From Candidatus Latescibacterota bacterium (GTDB lineage: Bacteria > Latescibacterota > UBA2968 > UBA8231), in contig OZ241867.1 of the NCBI GenBank assembly GCA_965203175.1, positions 480,001-544,000 of the forward strand: a stretch of DNA of 64,000 nucleotides, in the 5' to 3' direction. The position numbers and the translations under genes are program-made. The stretch's first letter is position 1, and each line of letters begins with the position of its first letter. The notes under the pieces are model-generated. The model saw only the letters and a program-made list of their open reading frames with translations, had not been told where the DNA came from and did no database searches. Below are positions 1-9,643 of the stretch, in pieces.

Positions 1-1689
1 ACAGCTTGCCGACTCGGGCACCAGCAAATTGCGCTCGGGGCCGATTTTGGTCTCGGCCGAGGTAATCAATTCCTCGCGCAACGGGTCGAGCGGGGGATTG
101 GTTACCTGGGCAAAGTGCTGCTTGAAGTAGTTGTAGAGGAGCTGCGGTCGCTCCGACAGCGCCGCCAGCGCAGCGTCGTTGCCCATAGAGCCGACTGGAT
201 CCTTGAGCACCTGGACCATCGGTTTGATGAAGATGCGCAGGTCCTCAAAAGTATAGCCGAAGGCCTGCTGCCAGTGGAGCACTTCCTCGTGGCTTTCCAA
301 CAGGGGTGCGCCCTCAACTTCGGGCAGGTCCTCAAGCGCGACTAGATTGGCGTCGAGCCACGCCTGATATGGATGCTCCGTGGCGATCTGGTGCTTGATC
401 TCCTCGTCGCTGATGATCCGGCCCTCCTCCGTGTCGATCAAAAGCATCCGGCCCGGTTGCAGCCGGCCTTTGAAGACCACGTCTTCCGGCGGAATACTCA
501 GCACGCCCGTTTCCGAGGAGAGCACCAGAATATCGTCTTTGGCAATGTAGTAGCGCGAGGGCCTAAAGCCGTTGCGGTCGAGCATGCCGCCGACGACGAC
601 ACCGTCGGTAAAGGCCACCGAGGCCGGTCCGTCCCACGGCTCCATCAGACAGCTATGGTACTCGTAAAAGGCCCGCTTCTCAGCGCTCATGGTCTCGTGG
701 TTTTCCCATGGCTCGGGAATCATCATCATCACCGCGTGAGCCAACGAGCGCCCTCCCAAGGTCAGCAATTCGAGCGCATTGTCGAACTTGGCCGAATCAG
801 AGCCATCTTCGTGGATGATGGGGAAGAGCTTGTCGATGTCATCGCCGAAGTGCTCGGACGCCAGCATTCCCTCGCGCGCGCGCATCCAGTTGCCGTTGCC
901 GCGCACGGTGTTTATCTCGCCATTGTGGATGACGTAGCGATAGGGATGCGCCCGCTCCCAGCTCGGGAAGGTGTTGGTGCTAAAGCGCGAATGCACCAAC
1001 GCAATGGCCGCCTCAAAGCGCTCGTCGCTCAAGTCGGGGAAATAGTCCACGACTTGGTCGGAGATCAGCATGCCCTTATAGACGACGGTGCGGGAAGAGA
1101 GGCTGGCCGGATAGAAGAAGTCCCCACCGGCGACTTTGCCGCTGTAGCGAATCGCGTTTTCAGCGCGCTTGCGGATGACGTAGAGCTGGCGCTCAAAGGC
1201 CAGCGCGTCGTCGCCTTGTACCTCGCCGCGGCCGATAAAGACTTGGCGCTGAAACGGCTCGCGCAGCTTGGCGGTGTGGCCCAAGGCGGCGTTGTGGGTG
1301 GGCACGTCCCGCCAGCCGAGGATGCGCTGGCCTTCTTCCTCGACGATGCGGGCAAAGTGCTCCTCGCAAACTTGGCGCGGGGCGGGATCGGGCGGCAAAA
1401 ACAACATGCCCACTCCGTACTCGCCCGGCGCGGGCAACTCAAAGTCGCAGATGCCACTAAAGAACTTGTGGGGCAACTGCACCAACATGCCGGAACCATC
1501 GCCCGTGTTGGCCTCGCAACCGCAGGCACCTCGGTGCTTGAGATGCTCCAAGACCTCCAAGGATTGGCGCACCACCTTGTGCGACTTGTGGCCCTTGATG
1601 TTTACAACAAAGCCAATCCCGCAGGCGTCGCTTTCGCGGGCGGGGTCGTAAAGGCCCTGCTTTTGCGGGTATCCGGGTATCCGGGTCAT
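1..1689 (-). CDS. gltB: Glutamate synthase large subunit, 5' part (runs off the window edge)
   Basis: Manual minus-strand translation from ATG 1689: [33 protein letters not shown]...[16 protein letters not shown]...[17 protein letters not shown]...HNGEINT. This is the Ntn amidotransferase domain of GltB. It is absent from the ORF track because there is no stop in the window. Confidence 0.97.
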   Translation of the reverse strand, partial: MTRIPGYPQKQGLYDPARESDACGIGFVVNIKGHKSHKVVRQSLEVLEHLKHRGACGCEANTGDGSGMLVQLPHKFFSGICDFELPAPGEYGVGMLFLPPDPAPRQVCEEHFARIVEEEGQRILGWRDVPTHNAALGHTAKLREPFQRQVFIGRGEVQGDDALAFERQLYVIRKRAENAIRYSGKVAGGDFFYPASLSSRTVVYKGMLISDQVVDYFPDLSDERFEAAIALVHSRFSTNTFPSWERAHPYRYVIHNGEINTVRGNGNWMRAREGMLASEHFGDDIDKLFPIIHEDGSDSAKFDNALELLTLGGRSLAHAVMMMIPEPWENHETMSAEKRAFYEYHSCLMEPWDGPASVAFTDGVVVGGMLDRNGFRPSRYYIAKDDILVLSSETGVLSIPPEDVVFKGRLQPGRMLLIDTEEGRIISDEEIKHQIATEHPYQAWLDANLVALEDLPEVEGAPLLESHEEVLHWQQAFGYTFEDLRIFIKPMVQVLKDPVGSMGNDAALAALSERPQLLYNYFKQHFAQVTNPPLDPLREELITSAETKIGPERNLLVPESASC

Positions 1690-1710
1690 TTTAATTTTCC
1701 CTTGCTCAAT

Positions 1711-1842
1711 CTTCTAAAAAAGAAGTTCTAAAAAAGAAGGTTTAATATATGAATTATGGCTACTTTGTCAAACATCCTTACGCCAGTTTCCAGAACTTTC
1801 TTGAAACATCCCTTGACAGCACTGCTCTATATGGCCTAAATT
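1711..1842. promoter_or_regulatory. Divergent sigma70-like promoters and putative operator between gltB and the Lrp regulator
   Basis: Minus strand: TTGACA (1771-1766), 16 nt, TATATT (1749-1744). Plus strand: TTGACA (1813-1818), 18 nt, TAAATT (1837-1842). Tandem 14-mer TTCTAAAAAAGAAG at 1712-1725 and 1726-1739. Confidence 0.55.
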
Positions 1843-1878
1843 GTGCTAACTTTCACTTTAAAATGGACAATTCAGGCC

Positions 1879-2454
1879 ATGAGATGTTTTGACGAACAAG
1901 AGCGGCAGATCGTCCGCGCCCTCATCCGCAACCCTCGCTGCTCGGACAACCGCATCAGCACCTTGACCGGCGTGCCGGTGCGCACCGTCAGCCGCAAGCG
2001 CGCCCGTCTCGAACAGGAAGACATCCTCTTCTATTACGCCGCGGTCGATATGCAGGCCCAAGGTACGGGCCGCTTCTCGACCCAGCACATGCTCACCATC
2101 AAGTTCAAATTGGGCATCACCCGCAGCCAGATCGTGCAGGAAATCCTCTCTGAACCCAATGTCGCCAACGTCTTCAGCGAGCTAATCCGCGACAGCTATA
2201 TCGCCGAAGTAGATGGCCACATCGCGTTGGTGATGGTCGTCGAAGGCGAGTCCGACAGCGATGTGGCCGAAAGTGTCCAGGGCAAGATCATTCCCTCGCT
2301 GCAAAAAAACCACGGCGAGGACTCAATCCAAGAGATGCAAACCATCCGCCTGTTGGACCCCATCAGGCGGCTGCACAACTATTTGCCCATGGTAAATACG
2401 CAGGCGGGTTTCATCGTGGAATCTTGGCCCGACGACGCTATTTTCGTCGAGTGA
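1879..2454 (+). CDS. Lrp/AsnC family transcriptional regulator
   Basis: N-terminal AsnC-type HTH (FDEQERQIVRALIRNPRCSDNRISTLTGVPVRTVSRKRARLE) followed by a RAM-like domain. ATG 1879 preferred to GTG 1843. Confidence 0.8.
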   Translation: MRCFDEQERQIVRALIRNPRCSDNRISTLTGVPVRTVSRKRARLEQEDILFYYAAVDMQAQGTGRFSTQHMLTIKFKLGITRSQIVQEILSEPNVANVFSELIRDSYIAEVDGHIALVMVVEGESDSDVAESVQGKIIPSLQKNHGEDSIQEMQTIRLLDPIRRLHNYLPMVNTQAGFIVESWPDDAIFVE

Positions 2455-2459
2455 CAGCC

Positions 2460-3833
2460 CTATCCACTTTCCTTTACCGCGGCCACCAAATCCAACACCG
2501 CCTCTTTGGCGCTGCCAAAAAACATCAGTGCATTTTCCGCAGCAAAAAGCGGATTGGGCAGCCCGGCAAACCCCGGGCTCAGGCTTCGCTTAATCACCAC
2601 CACCGTGCGCGCATGATCTACGTCGAGGATCGGCATCCCGGCAATCGGCCCGGAATCCGCGTCGCGGGCGAGGGGATTGACCACATCGTTGGCACCGATG
2701 ATCAACGCCACATCGGTCTGTTGGAAGGTCGGGTTGATCCGATCCATCTCCACTAACTTGTCGTAGGGCACTTCGGCCTCGGCCAACAGCACGTTCATGT
2801 GGCCCGGCATCCGACCTGCCACCGGATGGATGGCGTATTCGACCTCGACGCCGCGCTCTTCGAGCAAATTGGCCAAGTCCCGCACAGCGTGTTGCGCTTG
2901 GGCCACGGCCATGCCGTAGCCAGGGACCACCACTACGCGCCGGGCCGTGTCAAACAGCAACGCGACTTCCTCGGCCGAGGTTGACTTGATCTTGCCGGCA
3001 TAAACCTCGTCATCGCTGGTTCCGCTTGCGACCTCGGCACCGACGCCGCCGAAGAACACATTGCCCAGCGAGCGGTTCATGGCTCGGCACATGATTTGCG
3101 TCAAAATCAGCCCCGAGGCCCCCACCAGTGACCCCGCGATAATCAGCACGTTGTTGTCGAGCACAAAGCCAGTAGCGGCCGCCGCTAGGCCCGAGCACGA
3201 ATTGAGCAAAGCAATCACCACCGGCATATCGGCTCCACCTATGGGCAATACGAGCAACAAACCCAACAGCGAAGCTGCGCAAACCATGGCCCAGAAGGCG
3301 TCCGGCTCGCCCAGCACCAGCCAAGCGCCTAAACCCATGCTACTGAGGGCTAGCAATCCGTTGCAAAACTGCTGACCGGGAAACCGGACCAAGCCCTTGA
3401 GCACTTCCATCAGCTTGAGAAAGGCCACGAAACTACCCCAGAAAGTCACCGCGCCGATGATCCCAGAAGCGGCCGTCGCGGCCGTGAATTGGTAGGAAGG
3501 AGCCTGCGCCTCAATCAGCGCCGCGCCAGCCACCAACGCGGAGGCACCGCCACCCAAGCCGTTAAAAACCGCCACCAGCTCGGGCATGGAGGTTATGGGC
3601 GTTTTTACCGCGAGAACCATGCCAATCAGCGCGCCGACGACTGCGCCGAGCAAAATGTATTCGCCGGAGAGGATCCGCTGATCCAGCAGGGTGACGACGA
3701 CGGCCAACAACATCCCCAAGGCACCCAGCAAGTTGCCGCGCACGGCCGTGCGCGGGTGCGTCAGCCCCTTGAGGCCGAGAATGAAGAGGACCGAAGCGAC
3801 CAAGTAGGCGAAGTTAATCAGGGTCGCGCTCAT
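2460..3833 (-). CDS. pntB: NAD(P) transhydrogenase subunit beta
   Basis: Multi-TM N-terminus; VPGYGMAVAQAQH, HPVAGRMPGHMNVLLAEA and GANDVVNP motifs. Confidence 0.97.
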   Translation of the reverse strand: MSATLINFAYLVASVLFILGLKGLTHPRTAVRGNLLGALGMLLAVVVTLLDQRILSGEYILLGAVVGALIGMVLAVKTPITSMPELVAVFNGLGGGASALVAGAALIEAQAPSYQFTAATAASGIIGAVTFWGSFVAFLKLMEVLKGLVRFPGQQFCNGLLALSSMGLGAWLVLGEPDAFWAMVCAASLLGLLLVLPIGGADMPVVIALLNSCSGLAAAATGFVLDNNVLIIAGSLVGASGLILTQIMCRAMNRSLGNVFFGGVGAEVASGTSDDEVYAGKIKSTSAEEVALLFDTARRVVVVPGYGMAVAQAQHAVRDLANLLEERGVEVEYAIHPVAGRMPGHMNVLLAEAEVPYDKLVEMDRINPTFQQTDVALIIGANDVVNPLARDADSGPIAGMPILDVDHARTVVVIKRSLSPGFAGLPNPLFAAENALMFFGSAKEAVLDLVAAVKESG

Positions 3834-3836
3834 GCG

Positions 3837-4118
3837 CTAGTCCCGCCTCCTGAACATCCCCAACATGCGGTGCGTCACCATGAACCCACCCACCACGTTG
3901 ATCGTGGCGAAGATGACAGCCGCCAACCCCAAATAGGTCGCCAAGGCCGAGTGCTCGGAACCGGCCGAGAGCAGCGCGCCGATCAGGGTGATGCCGGAGA
4001 TGGCATTGGACCCGGACATCAGCGGCGTGTGCAGAGTCGGCGGGATCTTAGTGATGATTTCAAAGCCGACGAAGACGGCTAGTGCAAATACCGTCAGCGC
4101 GGCCACTAGGACATCCAC
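3837..4118 (-). CDS. pntAB: NAD(P) transhydrogenase subunit alpha, part 2 (membrane)
   Basis: PPTLHTPLMSGSNAISG and NVVGGFMVTHRML motifs. Confidence 0.95.
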   Translation of the reverse strand: MDVLVAALTVFALAVFVGFEIITKIPPTLHTPLMSGSNAISGITLIGALLSAGSEHSALATYLGLAAVIFATINVVGGFMVTHRMLGMFRRRD

Positions 4119-5266
4119 TATGCTGTTCCTTTGCGAATGCGCGGATGGACGATCTCACCGTCGCGCAACACCAAGGTCTCGCGCGTGATTTCGTCTTCCA
4201 TGTCGAATTGTAATTCCCCCTCGCCCGCCAGATGCCGGAAGAAGGTGGCGATGTTGTGCGAATACATTTGGCTGGCGTGGTGCGGCACGGTCGCCGGTAG
4301 ATTGAGTGGCCCCATGATCTGCACTCCGTCCTCTACGACTGTCTCCCCAGGGCGCGTCAGCTCGCAATTGCCGCCGCGCTCAGCGGCCAAATCGACGATG
4401 ACCGACCCCGGTCCCATGCTCTGCACGGCCGCGGCCGTAATCAACAAAGGTGCTGGTTGCCCCGGTATGGCGGCCGTGGTGATAATCACGTCGCTCTGGC
4501 CGGCGACCTTGGCCAGCTCCTCGCACTGGCGGCGATAGAACACTTCGTCTTGCGCCCGCGCGTACCCACCCGCGTCCTCGGAGTCGCCGGCATCGATGTC
4601 CAACTCCACGAACTCGGCCCCGAGGCTCTCGACCTGTTCTTTGACCGCTGGCCGCACATCGTACGCCCGAATGACCGCTCCTAGGCGGCGGGCAGTGGCA
4701 ATGGCCTGGAGACCGGCGACTCCAGCACCGACGACCAGCACCCGAGCCGGGGTCAACGTGCCAGCGGCTGTCATCAAAAGCGGAAACATGCGCGGCAGGG
4801 CCGCAGCGGCCAAAAGCACCGCTTTGTAGCCGGCGATCGTAGCCATAGACGAGAGCACATCCATGCTCTGCGCGCGGGTAATGCGCGGAATCAGTTCCAT
4901 AGCGAACAGGGTCGCTCCGACATCGGCCAGCGCAGCCAGCTCCGGACCAGCGGTCAGAGGATCCGAGGCCCCGATGAGAACTTGCCTAGAGCGGATCCGA
5001 GCCAAGTCGGCGCGGCCAGCCTCCGGGTTCGCGCCGAGCGTGCGCACTTGGAACACCACGTCGGCGCGCGCAAACACCTCGTCGCGGTCGGCGGCTATCT
5101 CCGCGCCGCGATCAGCATAGGCCGCATCGGCATAGCCGGCTGCGGCACCCGCGCCCGACTCTATTAGGATGTCCGCATTGCAGGCCGCCAACCCGGACAC
5201 AGCCTCCGGGACCAAGGCGACCCGATGCTCACCAGCGAAGGTCTCTCGTGCGATACCAACGATCAT
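4118..5266 (-). CDS. pntAA: NAD(P) transhydrogenase subunit alpha, part 1 (dI)
   Basis: RITRAQSMDVLSSMATIAGYKAV, GAGVAGL, DLAAERGGNCELT motifs. Confidence 0.96.
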   Translation of the reverse strand: MIVGIARETFAGEHRVALVPEAVSGLAACNADILIESGAGAAAGYADAAYADRGAEIAADRDEVFARADVVFQVRTLGANPEAGRADLARIRSRQVLIGASDPLTAGPELAALADVGATLFAMELIPRITRAQSMDVLSSMATIAGYKAVLLAAAALPRMFPLLMTAAGTLTPARVLVVGAGVAGLQAIATARRLGAVIRAYDVRPAVKEQVESLGAEFVELDIDAGDSEDAGGYARAQDEVFYRRQCEELAKVAGQSDVIITTAAIPGQPAPLLITAAAVQSMGPGSVIVDLAAERGGNCELTRPGETVVEDGVQIMGPLNLPATVPHHASQMYSHNIATFFRHLAGEGELQFDMEDEITRETLVLRDGEIVHPRIRKGTA

Positions 5267-5269
5267 TTC

Positions 5270-5560
5270 TCAGTGATGGGACACCAGCTTGTCGTGGTGT
5301 TTTTTGAGCTGGCTTTCGATCTTGGATTCTGCTTCGGCAAGAGCCTTGTAGAGATTGTCCGCCGCCCCTGTGGCCGCAAACGTGCGCTGCGGCACCTTGA
5401 CGATAATTTCCACTTTGTCGCCGTGCTTTTCCTTGTCGAGGACGACTTCGCAATCCACGATGCGGTCGAAGTAGTGTTCGAGTTTAGTACAAGAATCGGC
5501 AATGTGTGCTTTGGTTTCTGCTGAGATTTTGCCGTGGCGCATACTGATTCTAGGTTGCAT
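5270..5560 (-). CDS. raiA: Ribosome hibernation factor (short HPF/RaiA, S30AE family)
   Basis: 96 aa; ISMRHGKIS...KLEHYFDRIVDCEVVL...NLYKALAEAESKIESQLKKHHDK pattern; RBS upstream. Confidence 0.88.
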   Translation of the reverse strand: MQPRISMRHGKISAETKAHIADSCTKLEHYFDRIVDCEVVLDKEKHGDKVEIIVKVPQRTFAATGAADNLYKALAEAESKIESQLKKHHDKLVSHH

Positions 5561-5606
5561 CTCCTACTCCTTTCTTTTTAGACAAAATTTAATCGTCGGC
5601 CCGCAC

Positions 5607-6890
5607 TTAGGGCCGCTCGGCGAGCGGCTGATAGGTCCGCTGCACCGAGCCGGTGTAAATCTGGCGTGGACGGCTGATTTTGGTGGCCTTGCTCTCCTCG
5701 TACCAATGCGCGATCCAGCCCGGCATGCGGCCGATGGCGAAGATCACGGTGAACATCTCCTTGGGAATGCCGAGCGCGCGGAGAATGACGCCGCTGTAAA
5801 AATCCACGTTGGGATAGAGCCTACGCTGGATGAAGTACTCATCCCCCAGTGCCATAGCTTCCAGCTCTTTCGCTATGTCGAGCAGAGGGTCGTTGATGTG
5901 GAGCTTGGCCAACACTTTCTCGCAGCTCTTTTTGATGATCTTGGCGCGCGGGTCAAAGTTCTTGTACACCCGATGCCCGAACCCCATCAAGCGGATCCCG
6001 GCCTTCTTGTCCTTGACCTGAGCCACGTAATCGCCGACCGAAATGTTTTCGTCGCGGATTTTCTCCAGCATGTTCACCACGGCCACATTAGCCCCACCGT
6101 GCAGCGGCCCCCACAGGGCGGAGACGCCCGCCGCCACCGAGGCGAAGAGATTGGCCTCGCTGCTGCCGACCATCCGCACCGTGGAGGTGCTGCAATTTTG
6201 CTCGTGGTCGGCGTGGAGGAGGAAGATCAAATCCAGCGCATCAACCAGCGCTGGGTCCGCGTCAAACTCGTTGTACGGCTGGCTGAACATCATGTGCAAA
6301 AAATTCTCTGCGTACCGCTTCCTGGGGTGCGGGTACTCGATGTGGTGGCCCAGTTGCTGGCGGTGGGAATAGGCGGCAATGGTGCGAACCTTGGACATGA
6401 TGCGCGCGGCCGCTTCGGTGAAGGTCTCCTCGTCCTGGATTTCCAACAGCTCGGGATAGTAGCAGCTCAAGGCGTTGAGCACCGAGGACAAGACGGCCAT
6501 CGGCGGCGAGTTGGGAGGGAAGAGGCTGAAGTGTTGTTTTAACTCCTCGCGCAACATCTGGTGCTTGGTCAGCAGCTCGCTGAACTCGTCTAGTTGCGCC
6601 GCGTTGGGCAACTCGCCCCAGATCAGCAAATAAGCGACCTCAATAAAGCGGCTGTATTCAGCCAAATCCTCAATCGCGTAGCCCCGATAGCGCAGGATCC
6701 CCGCATCGCCGTCGATAAAGGTGATATCGCTCTGGCAAGAGCCCGTATTGCCGTAACCGGGATCTAGGGCAATATACCCGGTATCAGCGCGCAATTTGGC
6801 AATATCGACCGCCTTCTCGCCCTCGCTGCCGACGACGACGGGTAGCTCGACGCTCTGGTCCCCGGCCTGCAAGCGGACAGTTTCCGCCAT
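5607..6890 (-). CDS. gltA: Citrate synthase
   Basis: HADHEQNCSTST, WGPLHGGAN, MGFGHRVYKNFDPRA and YPNVDFYSG motifs. Confidence 0.97.
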   Translation of the reverse strand: MAETVRLQAGDQSVELPVVVGSEGEKAVDIAKLRADTGYIALDPGYGNTGSCQSDITFIDGDAGILRYRGYAIEDLAEYSRFIEVAYLLIWGELPNAAQLDEFSELLTKHQMLREELKQHFSLFPPNSPPMAVLSSVLNALSCYYPELLEIQDEETFTEAAARIMSKVRTIAAYSHRQQLGHHIEYPHPRKRYAENFLHMMFSQPYNEFDADPALVDALDLIFLLHADHEQNCSTSTVRMVGSSEANLFASVAAGVSALWGPLHGGANVAVVNMLEKIRDENISVGDYVAQVKDKKAGIRLMGFGHRVYKNFDPRAKIIKKSCEKVLAKLHINDPLLDIAKELEAMALGDEYFIQRRLYPNVDFYSGVILRALGIPKEMFTVIFAIGRMPGWIAHWYEESKATKISRPRQIYTGSVQRTYQPLAERP

Positions 6891-7059
6891 GTCTTGTTCT
6901 CCTTGATGTAACTCGGTCGCCGAGGGCGAAAAGGTGCCCTAAGCGATAGGTATGCCGTTTTTATCAGATAGTAGGCCCTAAAATTTGCACTGTCAATTGT
7001 CGCCGCTGCTTGCTGCAGGTGCTTGATTCCCGTGAAAATTAGGTGGCGACAACCGCTGT

Positions 7060-8739
7060 CTACTGACGCGGAATCACCGGCAATAGTACGTGAGACGGAT
7101 GCACTCTGGAGTGTTGCACCGTCTGTTGCGCGCTGCGCATCTCCGTGTCCGTGCCGAGGTCGTTGCCGGTGTTGTGGTTTCTGTCGAAACGCGGAAAATT
7201 GGATGAGGACACTTCGACTCTGATCCTGTGCCCCTTCTTAAAGACATTGCCGGTGACGGCGAGATCAATCTCGTACTGGTACGTTTGCTCGGGCTGGAGC
7301 AACTTAGGGGAGGTAAATCCTTCGCGATAGCGCGCCCGGACGATGCCATCGCAGAGATTTTTGGCGTACCCACTAGTTGACACGTCCACCAGCTTGGCGG
7401 TCCAGTCGGTATCTAGCCCGTCTGTGGCCGCGTATAGAACAACCTTGATCGGTCCCGTCACCTCTAAGTCAGCTTCCAAAGGCTCGCTAGTGTAGCAGAG
7501 CACGTCAGACCTCATTTCCACATCGCGCTGGTCGTACGGCCCCCAGGGCACAATGTGGGGCGAGCAACAGTTGTTTCCGCCCACAGTTTGCACGGGAAAA
7601 TCGGGATCGTATACAAAGTGATCCGCAGGCTCGTCGCCCGGCTCCTCCGGCGCTAGACGGCCATCGCCCAACAGCGTATTGGCGTTGCCAGCAGAGTGCA
7701 GATACCACTTTTGCCAGTCGGTCCTAGCCAGCGGCCATTCGCTCTCGTCTCTCCATTCATTGACGCCCATTATGAAGAGCCGCAGCGGGGCCTCGCCGAC
7801 GATGCCGTTGTCAATGCCCTTCAGCCAGTAATCAAACCAACGCAACTCCAAATCCTCCAAGTCGTACAGCGAGTTCGCGCCGAAGTCGATGTCACCGGTC
7901 TTGGTAGAAACACTGAGCGCGTGCGGCCAGGGGCCGACAATGAGTTGACTTTGCCTAGCTTCGGGCGTCCGCCCGTGCATCCTTAGACCGTTGAAGTTGA
8001 TAAAGGTGTTGTGGGAATAGAGATCGTACCAGCCTCCCATTATCAGCGCAGGGGCTGCGATTTCGCCCCACTTGTTTTCGACGTTGACCGAGTCCCAGTA
8101 GGAGTCGTATTCAGTGTGCGTTACCCAATCCCGCCAAAACTGTAGCGTTCGGCCCGCCTGTTGATCCATGTCGATGAGGGGGATCGAACGAAAAGCCTCC
8201 GTCCAATTGTGGTACTCGATGCTTTGAGCGGTGCGGCCATTGGTCCGCATCCCCCACGTGAGGGCGACGTTGAGCTGAAATGCCCCGCCGGGGTGGATTA
8301 GGCCAGAGTACAGATCGCCGCACATAACCCTTGGTGCTATACACGTCAGGTACTGGCTGCGGTGCGGCGCGCTCTGCCACTGCACCCATCCGAGGTAGGA
8401 GCCTCCGGCCATGCCGATCTTGCCGTCGCTCCACTCCTGCTGGCCAATCCATTCCTGCGTATCAAAACCGTCTGGGCCGTGGCCGAACAGCGCGTAGTGC
8501 ACGCCATCGGAGTCCCAGCGCCCCCGCACGTCTTGGATGACGCAGGCATAACCGTTATTGGCCAGCCGCATGGCCTTCTCGATCATGAGCGGCGTGTTGT
8601 TGTCGTACGGCGTGCGCATCAGCACAGTCGGAAACCTACCCGATGCCTTCGGCAGATAGATGTCAGAAGAAAGATCGACACCGTCCCGCATAGGCGTTCG
8701 GATGTTCAATCTCATATCGACTGCGTAGTTTGGCTGCAT
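7060..8739 (-). CDS. CocE/NonD family hydrolase
   Basis: PMRDGVDLSSD, RTPY, QDVRGRWDSDG, nucleophile GGSYLG, GGWYD, GPWPH and a C-terminal PepX-like domain. Start moved to ATG 8739 to avoid overlapping the upstream gene. Confidence 0.92.
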   Translation of the reverse strand: MQPNYAVDMRLNIRTPMRDGVDLSSDIYLPKASGRFPTVLMRTPYDNNTPLMIEKAMRLANNGYACVIQDVRGRWDSDGVHYALFGHGPDGFDTQEWIGQQEWSDGKIGMAGGSYLGWVQWQSAPHRSQYLTCIAPRVMCGDLYSGLIHPGGAFQLNVALTWGMRTNGRTAQSIEYHNWTEAFRSIPLIDMDQQAGRTLQFWRDWVTHTEYDSYWDSVNVENKWGEIAAPALIMGGWYDLYSHNTFINFNGLRMHGRTPEARQSQLIVGPWPHALSVSTKTGDIDFGANSLYDLEDLELRWFDYWLKGIDNGIVGEAPLRLFIMGVNEWRDESEWPLARTDWQKWYLHSAGNANTLLGDGRLAPEEPGDEPADHFVYDPDFPVQTVGGNNCCSPHIVPWGPYDQRDVEMRSDVLCYTSEPLEADLEVTGPIKVVLYAATDGLDTDWTAKLVDVSTSGYAKNLCDGIVRARYREGFTSPKLLQPEQTYQYEIDLAVTGNVFKKGHRIRVEVSSSNFPRFDRNHNTGNDLGTDTEMRSAQQTVQHSRVHPSHVLLPVIPRQ

Positions 8740-8773
8740 GGTGGGCCTCGGTGGGTTGAAGAGTAGCCGCGTT

Positions 8774-9067
8774 CTATTGGTTGCGAATCGCCTCGATTTT
8801 GGCGTCGCGCTCGGCAAAGAGTTCATTGCGAACTTTGCTCATTTGCTCCTGCACTTGGCGGCGCGCTTCGGCGAGGGCCTGTGGGTCTGCACCCGTGGCC
8901 TGCTCTAGCTGCCCCTTGAGCGCGATCTCTTGCTCGGCCCACTTGGCCTCGTACTGCTTGCGCACTTGGTCGATGGCCTCTTTCTGCTCGTCTGTCAGCT
9001 TGATCTCCTCTGCGCCCCCGACTGCGGCGTTGGCCTTTTCCATGGCCAGTTCAAGTGCCGATTTCAT
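8774..9067 (-). CDS. Small helical hypothetical protein
   Basis: MKSALELAMEK... coiled-coil-like, 97 aa; AGGAGA RBS upstream of ATG 9067. Confidence 0.75.
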   Translation of the reverse strand: MKSALELAMEKANAAVGGAEEIKLTDEQKEAIDQVRKQYEAKWAEQEIALKGQLEQATGADPQALAEARRQVQEQMSKVRNELFAERDAKIEAIRNQ

Positions 9068-9199
9068 GGCAAACTCTCCTAGGTTGACATCGCCTGACAA
9101 CGGCCTTAACATCGCAAAAAAGATAGAGGCTGGCCGCAATCGCGACAAATTGCGTCGTCCGCCCCCTATTATCCAACTCACCACACCAAAAGGAACCCC

Positions 9200-9643
9200 A
9201 TGTCCAAACAGTGGAAGGTCTATCTATCCGGCGAGATTCACAGCGACTGGCGCGAGCGCATCGTCCAAGCGGCCAGCGACCTGCCGGTCGAGTTCACCGC
9301 TCCGGTCACCGATCACGCGGCCAGCGACAACTGCGGCGTCGATATTCTCGGGCCGGAGGAAAGCGGATTTTGGAAGGATCACAAAGGCGCGCAACTCAAC
9401 GCCATCCGCACCCGCACCCTAATCCGCGACGCCGACTTGGTGGTGGTGCGCTTCGGCGACCAGTACCGCCAGTGGAACGCGGCTTTTGACGCGGGGTTTG
9501 CCGCCGCTTGCAACAAGCCGCTGATCGTCCTCCACCCGCCCGAGTTGCAACACGCGCTCAAGGAAGTGGATGCGGCCGCGCTCGCCGTGGCCAGTGAGCC
9601 CGAGCAAGTCGCGGACATACTGCGCTACGTCATCGAAAAGTAG
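9200..9643 (+). CDS. YtoQ family protein (nucleoside 2-deoxyribosyltransferase-like)
   Basis: VYLSGEIHSDWRE, VVRFGDQYRQWNAAFDAG and HALKEVD motifs. Confidence 0.88.
   Translation: MSKQWKVYLSGEIHSDWRERIVQAASDLPVEFTAPVTDHAASDNCGVDILGPEESGFWKDHKGAQLNAIRTRTLIRDADLVVVRFGDQYRQWNAAFDAGFAAACNKPLIVLHPPELQHALKEVDAAALAVASEPEQVADILRYVIEK

Noticed and set aside
373-1731. 452-aa plus-strand ORF
   Set aside because: It is the antisense shadow of gltB, whose conserved motifs are on the minus strand.
5502-6542. 346-aa plus-strand ORF
   Set aside because: Antisense to citrate synthase; typical of high-GC codon bias.
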